Source of the DNA: Ostreococcus lucimarinus
Taxonomy: Eukaryota
DNA length: 64,000 bases
Reading direction: 5' to 3' (one strand)
Assembly: GCA_000092065.1 (NCBI GenBank)
Contig: CP000582.1
Both the position numbers and the translations under genes were made by a program. Below the pieces are notes generated by a model that did not search any database, had not been told where the DNA came from, and saw only the letters and a list, made by a program, of their open reading frames with translations. How positions within the stretch are numbered: position 1 is the first letter of the stretch; every line of letters starts with the position of its first letter. Below are positions 1 through 9,300 of the stretch, piece after piece.

Positions 1-1090
1 TTTTCTTCGGATCAGTCTCACGTGCCATCGCAATAACGGCGGAACGACATTTTGATCTCCGACATGATGATCTAGGGGTCGCGCGTAAGATATTGTGCGT
101 TGGTTGCCTACTTGCCAAAGAGTTCATCGCCGTCAATTATATGCCGCTTGAGATTTCTTTGTGGTAGGAGAAGTTGCCTGCGATTGCGAATGGGCGCATT
201 TCTAGAGTCAGTAATCGTGTGCATGTGCACACATCATCGCGGAGGAACGATAGTCCGCAATTTGCGTCGGCTTTGGTGCCTGGCGCACCGCACGTATGGA
301 GATAACGTTGACGAAGTGAAATAGATAAGGAAATAGTGATCCTCAGCGGATGACGCGACGCGCGTTTGCGGCACTCTGCAAACACACCGATCGATGGGCG
401 TACCTCAAGATCACACTGCCCGACGTTCCGGTCCGAACTCGAAGCGTTCAATTGCGGCGGACGTGAAAGCTTCACACTGAGGGTTTGTTCGGCCGACGTT
501 GGCGCGCGGCTCCATTTTTTCGGTTTTCATACTAGATTTAACCCACAGGATAGCGGAAACTCAAAACGCTCGAGTTGGATTGTTCATTGTGAAAAACATA
601 CCGCGTTACGTAAAAAAGAATTGGTTTCCCCTGTGATTTGATGATGACTACCGAGCTATCTGTAAACACGAAAGTAACTCGCCGTGCTTTCACTCCGCCC
701 AAGTCGCACCCAGCCGCGGTTGAAGCGCAAGTGGCACTGAGAGATATGCAGCTAAACTGTGTAGGCTCGATGAACTCGCGGTTGTCGGCCAATTTCAAAA
801 GTATCTGTCGACTCATCGAAGCTACAGCTAGTACGGGCCGCTCTTATTTCGTACGTATTCCCTTCACTCTCTGATAATTCTCAAGTCTTCGACGTAGACT
901 CATCCGCTCGATGCGGTTAGTGTATGCAAGGCTTCAAACGAACGTGCAAAGTCGAATTGGCACCGCTGCTCGCCCATAGCAAAGTGGTCAAACGCATTAA
1001 ATGGCTGGATAAGCGGACCGTCCACCAAGCTGAGTTCTCTACCGGGACGTGTTACCGACGTTAGTACTTTGCGCGATAGCACGTACGAAG

Positions 1091-2520
1091 CAGAATTTGT
1101 CCGCACGACACCGAGTTCTAATACTTATTCTCATACTGCGATCTTACCGGGAGTTCGAGGCGTACATCGCCCTAAATCGTATGGAGACAACTTCTCTGTG
1201 AACAGGAAAGGATATCCAATCTGGCCTTAAGTCTCCTGTAATATTGCAATTTTCATTGTACAAACTAGCTCTGCCGTCGTTCTAATCACTAAATTGAAGT
1301 TCACGCTTGCAGCTTCGTGTAAAAGTCGATTTCACGTTCGTAGGTATTTGCGTATTCGGATTCTCAAAGGTAGGCCCCTTGCCAGAGAGCCCCGTTATCT
1401 CTTGAATATTCGCCCAGTCGCCGCGCGTAAAGTTGTAGGTTTGCATCAAATTCAGGACGTCTGGTATACCATCTAGTTCTTTACCCCCTCGAGCTTGACT
1501 AAAAAGCGGACGAGTGAGCAACCGTTTTGTCAAAGAAGCGTACCAGAGGCAAAACTCAAGTTGAGTGCTGCAGCTCCTACCACTTGATCGAAAATGTTGA
1601 TACAACTCTGATAACAGCCGCTGCGATTTTGACTTTGACGACAACTTCCCCAAGAGACTTGGGAATCGATGAGTGTGGCGTTCAGCCTGACCAAATGTTT
1701 CTCTTGAGCCTCTGACGGCAGAGGTTGGCAGGACACATGAAACTATGTTCGCAGGAGGCATCATGGTCCAGTTTTGTGTCTTGTTTATTGTCGTCGCAAA
1801 CACATCTCCTTCTGCTACACGTGACGATGCCGCAGCAACGTGCACAATTCTTTGCAACTCGTTTGTACTGTCTCGCGGGCGCATACACGCATAGTTTTCT
1901 TGAACGAACAGAGGGATCATGTCTGAGTGCTGGAAAACCAGATTAAGCCTCTCATCGAGTGTTTTTAATGGGCTTGGACGAAAAAGAACATCTATTGCTT
2001 GAAAAACACTTGTGGCGACATCTTTTTTCGAAATTTCATTCCTTCCGTGATGCTTCGAGCTCATGCCCCATAGTTGTAGCTGGTTGATACTGGATCGAAG
2101 GTCATTGTTGTTTGCTTCTATGAGAGCATCAACTGCGTCGCTATCAACATCCAAGCGTTGTGAGGCTACAATTTGATTCAAGTACTTTCGGAGCTGGAGC
2201 TTATTTGGCCGTTGGAAAGGTAAATCGACACAATAGTTTGCAAGAGTCTTTAGTTTTTGTGAATATCGGTCGTTGCAGATGCATATGATGGGAATGCGCG
2301 TGTGTTTGATGACTTCTATCAACTCCGAGATACCACCCCGATCGCCACCAGCCATACCATCTACTTCATCCATGATCAGTGCAGTCTTTGTTGATCGCAA
2401 ACCATCAATACCGATGTTACGATTAGTTACAAACTCTCGAACAGTACTCGCCAATGTTCCCGCTATCCCATCACTTACTGCTCCAGTCTTACCTCTTGAA
2501 TCGCTTGCGTTTACGTTCAA
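1091..2520. repeat. Copy A of a 1.43-kb segmental duplication, identical to 3383..4812
   Basis: ORF-track pairs at a constant +2292 offset have identical translations (1294/3586, 1527/3819, 1530/3822, 1682/3974, 1725/4017, 2273/4565). Direct reading confirms identity from cagaatttgtccgcacgac through gcgtttacgttca. Divergence is sharp at both ends. Confidence 0.85.
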
Positions 2521-3141
2521 CGACGTGCACACGTCGTCGCCGAACAAATACCCCGCCCCTCGAGGGGAAAGCCCCCAGCCGGAGACGTCCTCGGGGTCGC
2601 TCCAAAGCAAATCGCACATCGCGCCTTCGTGCGGCACCTCTTGTTTACGATCGATCGTTCGAATCTGATCGATCGTCGTGATGCTCGGGGACAACCCCCC
2701 GTGCACGCAAAATATCTTGTTATCTATGAGCGCAGACAACGAAAGGTAATCGAACACATCCGTGCAATATCGCCACACGTTGACGCTCCCGTATTTGCGC
2801 AAACACTCGTCGTAAAACCCGTACACCTGCGTGATCTGTCGACACTCGTGATTCCCCCGAATGAGATACATTCGATCCGGGTACCTCACCTTCAGCGCCA
2901 GGAGCAACAAAAACGTCTCCACGCTGTAAAACCCGCGATCGACGAAGTCCCCCATGAACAAATAGTTTGTATCCGGGCAGTCGCCGCCGACTTTAAACAG
3001 TTCCAACAAATCGTAAAACTGCCCGTGAATGTCCCCGCATATCGTCATCGTTTGCTCGTTAATCCACCGCACGCGATCGAAATCGTCGCTCGAAAAGTCA
3101 CGCAGCGACGCCTTCGCGTCCCGCATCGCCGAACACATCAA
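1282..3141 (-). pseudogene. Chimeric in-frame ORF of 619 aa: a truncated PP2A/PP4-type catalytic core (about residues 25-230) fused to the RFC1 large-subunit region downstream of the P-loop, from the duplicated copy. Probably a non-functional chimera.
   Basis: The N-terminal 205 aa carry the PPP motifs GDIHGQ, GDFVDRG, GNHE, HGG and SPRGAGY but lack the C-terminal His and tail. The junction at 2520/2521 continues in-frame into [12 protein letters not shown], identical to residues 88-498 of the ORF at 3574..5070. The fragment lacks the Walker A motif GAPGIGKTT. Confidence 0.55.
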
Positions 3142-3350
3142 TGTTGAGCGAAATATCTAACGCGGTGACGCTGTGCGTGAGCGCACCGCTGGATATGTAC
3201 GTCACGCCTGTTTGGCCGATGGCGTGGACGGTGTCTAGGGTGACGTTACCCGACGCCTCGGTGTCGACTCTGCCGTCGATGAGACGCACGGCGGCGGTCA
3301 TGTCCTCCACGGACATGTTGTCGAGCATTAAACGAGTGACGCTGCCCGTC
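3098..3350 (-). pseudogene. C-terminal fragment, about 85 aa, of quinolinate phosphoribosyltransferase (NadC/QPRT). Truncated at its 5' side at the duplication boundary.
   Basis: [64 protein letters not shown] matches the conserved QPRT C-terminus (MLDN...EVSGN.TL......tGVD.IS.GALTHS...LD.S). No upstream QPRT sequence is present. It overlaps the PP2A-fragment reading frame by about 40 nt. Confidence 0.6.
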
Positions 3351-3382
3351 GGGACGTTCGGGTCGTGCAGAATTTGTTCGTG

Positions 3383-4812
3383 CAGAATTTGTCCGCACGA
3401 CACCGAGTTCTAATACTTATTCTCATACTGCGATCTTACCGGGAGTTCGAGGCGTACATCGCCCTAAATCGTATGGAGACAACTTCTCTGTGAACAGGAA
3501 AGGATATCCAATCTGGCCTTAAGTCTCCTGTAATATTGCAATTTTCATTGTACAAACTAGCTCTGCCGTCGTTCTAATCACTAAATTGAAGTTCACGCTT
3601 GCAGCTTCGTGTAAAAGTCGATTTCACGTTCGTAGGTATTTGCGTATTCGGATTCTCAAAGGTAGGCCCCTTGCCAGAGAGCCCCGTTATCTCTTGAATA
3701 TTCGCCCAGTCGCCGCGCGTAAAGTTGTAGGTTTGCATCAAATTCAGGACGTCTGGTATACCATCTAGTTCTTTACCCCCTCGAGCTTGACTAAAAAGCG
3801 GACGAGTGAGCAACCGTTTTGTCAAAGAAGCGTACCAGAGGCAAAACTCAAGTTGAGTGCTGCAGCTCCTACCACTTGATCGAAAATGTTGATACAACTC
3901 TGATAACAGCCGCTGCGATTTTGACTTTGACGACAACTTCCCCAAGAGACTTGGGAATCGATGAGTGTGGCGTTCAGCCTGACCAAATGTTTCTCTTGAG
4001 CCTCTGACGGCAGAGGTTGGCAGGACACATGAAACTATGTTCGCAGGAGGCATCATGGTCCAGTTTTGTGTCTTGTTTATTGTCGTCGCAAACACATCTC
4101 CTTCTGCTACACGTGACGATGCCGCAGCAACGTGCACAATTCTTTGCAACTCGTTTGTACTGTCTCGCGGGCGCATACACGCATAGTTTTCTTGAACGAA
4201 CAGAGGGATCATGTCTGAGTGCTGGAAAACCAGATTAAGCCTCTCATCGAGTGTTTTTAATGGGCTTGGACGAAAAAGAACATCTATTGCTTGAAAAACA
4301 CTTGTGGCGACATCTTTTTTCGAAATTTCATTCCTTCCGTGATGCTTCGAGCTCATGCCCCATAGTTGTAGCTGGTTGATACTGGATCGAAGGTCATTGT
4401 TGTTTGCTTCTATGAGAGCATCAACTGCGTCGCTATCAACATCCAAGCGTTGTGAGGCTACAATTTGATTCAAGTACTTTCGGAGCTGGAGCTTATTTGG
4501 CCGTTGGAAAGGTAAATCGACACAATAGTTTGCAAGAGTCTTTAGTTTTTGTGAATATCGGTCGTTGCAGATGCATATGATGGGAATGCGCGTGTGTTTG
4601 ATGACTTCTATCAACTCCGAGATACCACCCCGATCGCCACCAGCCATACCATCTACTTCATCCATGATCAGTGCAGTCTTTGTTGATCGCAAACCATCAA
4701 TACCGATGTTACGATTAGTTACAAACTCTCGAACAGTACTCGCCAATGTTCCCGCTATCCCATCACTTACTGCTCCAGTCTTACCTCTTGAATCGCTTGC
4801 GTTTACGTTCAT
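3383..4812. repeat. Copy B of the 1.43-kb segmental duplication. It lies inside the intact RFC1-like gene and includes about 190 bp of its 3' flank.
   Basis: Same as copy A. Copy B is embedded in a complete 498-aa RFC1-like ORF, so it is the likely parental copy. Confidence 0.85.
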
Positions 4813-5070
4813 CGTTTGAAATCCAAGTTCTCGGCAAATAAGGATGGCACTCGTGGTCTTGCCAATTCCAGGCGCTCCACTTATGAGTATTGCTTTTCGG
4901 GTCGACACTTTTGAAGCTTTTCCTGTGGCTTGATTCCCTGGCCAGTTTGAGAGCCAAGTTCGGAGAGTAGCGATGGCGCTACTATTTCCGACCAAGTCTG
5001 CGAGTACTCTCGGAGAAAATTTGTCAGTCCACAAATTTGCAGAATTTTCTATACCATAGTAGGCATGCAT
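3574..5070 (-). CDS. RFC1: Replication factor C large subunit (RFC1-like) AAA+ clamp-loader module. It has no BRCT region, which may be absent or on an unseen upstream exon.
   Basis: 498-aa ORF with LWTDKFSPRV...ILISGAPGIGKTT (Walker A), [15 protein letters not shown] (Walker B/sensor) and ICICNDR. The C-terminal domain resembles RFC1. An in-frame TAG lies 63 nt upstream of the ATG. Confidence 0.8.
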   Translation of the reverse strand: MHAYYGIENSANLWTDKFSPRVLADLVGNSSAIATLRTWLSNWPGNQATGKASKVSTRKAILISGAPGIGKTTSAILICRELGFQTMNVNASDSRGKTGAVSDGIAGTLASTVREFVTNRNIGIDGLRSTKTALIMDEVDGMAGGDRGGISELIEVIKHTRIPIICICNDRYSQKLKTLANYCVDLPFQRPNKLQLRKYLNQIVASQRLDVDSDAVDALIEANNNDLRSSINQLQLWGMSSKHHGRNEISKKDVATSVFQAIDVLFRPSPLKTLDERLNLVFQHSDMIPLFVQENYACMRPRDSTNELQRIVHVAAASSRVAEGDVFATTINKTQNWTMMPPANIVSCVLPTSAVRGSRETFGQAERHTHRFPSLLGKLSSKSKSQRLLSELYQHFRSSGRSCSTQLEFCLWYASLTKRLLTRPLFSQARGGKELDGIPDVLNLMQTYNFTRGDWANIQEITGLSGKGPTFENPNTQIPTNVKSTFTRSCKRELQFSD

Positions 5071-5458
5071 AGAAGTCCTCGCCAGTTTGCTGGCGGGATA
5101 CTCCTCGAAGCCAACTCTCTTCCTGCTGCTCAGTGGCTCCTATTCAAACTTGTCAAGGCAGTGCGTTTGTGCTTACTTATTATCGTACCATGATGCGCAC
5201 AGTCTTTGTGTCTACGATTCAGTCCAGTGGCGATGCGTATAGCGTTTTCACACCGCGAACTGCGCCGCTCGACGCGACGCCGCGGCGCCCCTCCGCCGCG
5301 CGTCGAGTCTAAATTTTCACGCCTCTGTACATGGGCTCAAAACGCCCACAATGCGCACATTTACGACCGCGCGACACCGCCGCGCGACCCCGCGCGCGCC
5401 CGCGTCCGCGCGCGCGCGCGCGCGCCCGCGCCGTCCGCGCCGTCCGCGACGCCGATCG

Positions 5459-6238
5459 ATGTCGACCTCGACCGCGACCGCGACGACGACGACGACGGCG
5501 ACGCCGTCGCGCGCGCGCGCGCGCGGACGCGGCGCCGTCGCGCGCGCGTCGTCGTCGTCGTCCGCGTCGTCGTCCGCGCGCGCGCGCGACGCGGACGACG
5601 CGCGGCGCGCGCGCGCGCGCGGGCGCGTGCACGTCATCTGCGGACCGATGTTCGCGGGCAAGACGACGCACCTGATGCGATGCGTCGAGCGCGAGCGCGC
5701 GCGCGGACGGACGGTGTTCGTGATCAAATCCGAGCTCGACGTCGAGCGGTTCGGCGAGGACGCGCGCGACGCGCTGATCGCGCACGACGGGAAGCGCGTG
5801 CGGTTCGACGCGAGCGACGACGGCGGAAGGGTGCGCGCGGTGCGGACGCTGGACGCGGCGGGACTGGGCGCGGACGCGGCGGCGTGCGACGCGGCGGACG
5901 TCGTCGCGGTGGACGAGGCGCAATTCATGGGAGACTTGGCGCCGTTCGCGCGACGGTGCGCGGAGGAGCTGGGACAGACGGTGTACGTGTGCGGGTTGGA
6001 CGGGGATTACAGGCGGGAGAGGTTCGGGGGGGTGTTGGATTTGATTCCGCTGTGCGACACGGTGACGCGATTGAGAGGGACGTGCGCGGAGTGCGGAGAC
6101 GAGAGTTTATTCAGTCGACGCGTCGAGGCGAGCGAGGACGTGGTGCGCGTGGGAGGGAGGGATAAGTACGCGCCCGTGTGTCGAGCGTGTTACGTCGCGG
6201 CGTCGACGCGGGAGAGAGGGTCGGCGTCGGCGCGGTGA
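5459..6238 (+). CDS. TK1: Thymidine kinase, TK1 type, with a low-complexity Thr/Ala/Ser-rich N-terminal extension
   Basis: VHVICGPMFAGKTTHLMRCV (P-loop), VVAVDEAQFM, LDGDYRRERFGGVLDLIPLCD, and a C-terminal zinc ribbon CAECG...KYAPVCRACY. The ORF-track start at 5351 is probably upstream of the real ATG near 5459. Confidence 0.85.
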   Translation: MSTSTATATTTTTATPSRARARGRGAVARASSSSSASSSARARDADDARRARARGRVHVICGPMFAGKTTHLMRCVERERARGRTVFVIKSELDVERFGEDARDALIAHDGKRVRFDASDDGGRVRAVRTLDAAGLGADAAACDAADVVAVDEAQFMGDLAPFARRCAEELGQTVYVCGLDGDYRRERFGGVLDLIPLCDTVTRLRGTCAECGDESLFSRRVEASEDVVRVGGRDKYAPVCRACYVAASTRERGSASAR

Positions 6239-6338
6239 ACGGGACGCGTGTAATCGATAAATCGTACCGGTGGCTATTCACGTTTCGCTAATCGTATCGT
6301 TTCTTCGTTCGTCGCCTCGCTCGAGGCGCGCGCGCGTC

Positions 6339-9300
6339 CTAAAATTTTAATCGTTTCTTCGACGCCGGTTTCGCCGCCTTTTGCGCGGAGTTGACGGCGC
6401 GCTTTTTCGACGTCGTCACGCCCGCGGAGCGCAAGCCCGGCAGCGAGGCGTCTTCGTCGTTTTCGTCCTGGTCGTCGTCTTCGTCTTCCTCTTCGTCGTC
6501 GTCGTCGTCCACCACGACGGCTGCGCGACGTCGACGTCGGCTCGCTGGAGTCCCCGGAGTCGCCTCGGCGTCGGCGTCGGCGTCGGCCTGCGTCTTCGTC
6601 GCGCGCTTCCGGCCTCGCTTCGTCGCCGTTTCTTTGAACATGTCTTCGGCGAAATCGCTCGCGTCGCGAGTCATGAGATCGCGGAACGTGTCGACCGCGC
6701 GCCGAGCCGAGCCGTAGGATTGTCCAGCGGTTGCGTCGACAATACCGGTCTCAAATTTCACGGTATCGTCGAATTTCACGACTTCTGCGTTTCTCGTCGC
6801 CTCCGTGGGGACGTACGACGCCACGCGAGCGTCGGACAACTCGTACGCCTTCTTGACGTGAGATTTGAGCAACAAAACGACGCTCAGCGCACACGCGAGT
6901 TCGACGTCGCTCTTGAATTCGTTATCTGGCACCGCATCGTCCGCCTTGGCCGCCGACGCTTCCACGCCCTTCGTGAGCTGTTCGAGCAACAAGCCGCCCT
7001 TGAGCGATATGACGCGATTGAGCTGAAAGACGACGTAGAGAGTCTCATCCACTGATGTGAACGGAAGCTCGGTGACGACGCTCGCTAGGAATCGCAAGAA
7101 TAGCGCATCGGACGATCCGCTCGTGGTTTCAAACCGACGCAAAAGAGTGTTCAAGAACGCGTTTCGGGACGTTCTAGACGAGTTCACCAAGCTGTAGACA
7201 AACGCGAAACCGTCCGAGGCGTCGGCGATTTTCTTTTGCCCGCTTTCGCTTCTTCTAGCCGCCGTTTCCAGACGCTTCTTGAAAGAGTACGCAAGCTCGA
7301 CGCCGTGAGTGAGCTGATGCTCAAAAAAGTCACCGTGTCGTTGAACTTGCGCCTTCAGGAGCTTACGCGCGAGACGCTTAACGCTCGGCACTGGGTCGAT
7401 TTGTAGCGCGATGAGCGTGGGGAACGCGCTTGCCGGGTGAACCAAGCCTTGACGAAGGACCACCTCGACTAAATGCAAGCCTTTCAACCGCACGCTGTAC
7501 GCGGAGTCGACGCAAAGCGCTAAAACATCTGTCCAATATCGTTGCGCGATACCGCCGGCGATAGAACGATCACTCTGGCCGTTGACGACTTGCAATTTTT
7601 CCGCGTCTCGCGAGCGCTTTTGCGCCGACTTGAGCACCGAAGCCTTAGTGGAAGCGTTGACTTCATTGGCCGCCGCCGATCCACTCGTCGCAGTCATACG
7701 AAATTCTTCCTCTCGAATGAGCTCGCTGAGATTCGTCAGCGCCTGCTCCTTCAAGCCACGCTCGGCGCTGGATGCCAACGCGGCTCGCATGATGGAATCA
7801 AAGCTTCCTTTGCCGAAACCGCCGTCGCGATTAAACATGAGTTCTGGTCGAGCGACGAACAAGTCTCCGCACGCCCCGAGCGCTCCACGAGTGAGATCGT
7901 ACTCTTCTGCAGGCTGAGACTCCAGGGTCTTGCGGAAGACTCGAAGAAGATCCTGAATCGAGATATCGCATTCACCATTTTCGACGGCCGCGTCCACGAC
8001 GTCGGCTCCAAATCGCGCAATATTACCCAATACGTACAGCGAACGCGCGCAGTGCGATTTGTTCTGAACGCTCAACGCTTCATCACTAGATATGGATTCG
8101 ATGACGATGGCAACGAATCGTTTCAGCATAGACATCGTTCCACTATCCTTACCGCCGCGAGTCTCCGCCACGGCGCACAACGTCTTACACGCGTAATAAA
8201 TGACAGCTTTGTCGTGATGGCGGAGTAAGAGGATGCGCAAGTCTCGTTCGATCTCTTTCGCAATCGGCGCTGGAAGACGACCAGCGTGTTTCGCAACAAT
8301 ATGCACGACGGACATGCAGCACTGGAGCTTCTCACCGACGAAAGGCGCGTCGTCGTCGACCCGCTTCAGATACGGCTGGAGCGCCACGGCGAAATACGAT
8401 GGGTCGCGTTTCGGAAGGCAGAGACACGGATCGACGACGGTCAGAATGTGGAGACCGAGTGCGTACTTGACGCTCATCGGCACCGACTTCGACGTGCCCG
8501 GCTCGTCTTTCACGACCACGCCATTGTGTGCTCCGTTCGATTTGACTCGTTCACCGTTTGGCGCGCGACTTTGCTCGTCGGATTCGCTCTCGATGAGCGC
8601 GTGCAACACCTGCACCGATAAACGCTTCGCTACCTTTCGCATACCGCGAACATTGACCCATGCATCAACCTTCTCGTCTTCGCTCGGATACAGCACCGCG
8701 CTGATGATCGCAACGACCGGAAACGTGGGAAGTAAAGGAAGCTTTTGTTTGCCGCTTCGGGAAACGAGTCGGTAGACGCCCCAAGCGACGGAGACCATTT
8801 GCCGCGCGCGAATCGCGATTGGATCATTATCCTCGATACCATCATGCCCAACGGTGGCTAAGTGCGCCGTAGATGCGTCTTCGTCATCACTGCCATTGTT
8901 TCCGTCCCCATCATCTTCGTCGTCATCGTGTTCATCGTCGGCTTCGTCTTCCAATGCAACCGGTGAAAACCAAAGCTCGCGAAAAATCTTCACAACGTGC
9001 GAACGGATCGTTTCTTCTTCATCCAGTATGCGAAACGCCAACACTTGCATCGCCTTATCCGCTTTAGTAAAGTCAGGATTACGCAGGCATTCTTGCAGGG
9101 TGGAAACCACGCGCTTGCGCACAGATACACCGACGTCGGATACGCGGTCTTCAATCAAGTCGTAGTACTTTTCGGCAAGACTGACGTTTCGCACCATCTG
9201 TCTGCCGATGACATCCACCACGGCGGCTCGCACGGACGATCCCGTATCTTTCAATCGGATTTTCAGCGCGCGAACGATATCCGGAGACTCTAACAGTTTC

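Noticed and set aside
5206-6165. Long Arg/Ala/Gly-rich ORFs on both strands overlapping the TK1 gene (5206..6165 +, 5309..5923 -, 5317..5928 -, 5331..5675 +)
   Set aside because: Their composition is dominated by R, A and G from (cgcgcg)n and GC3 bias. They are out-of-frame or antisense to a well-supported TK1 reading frame, which is typical of stop-codon-poor GC-rich DNA.
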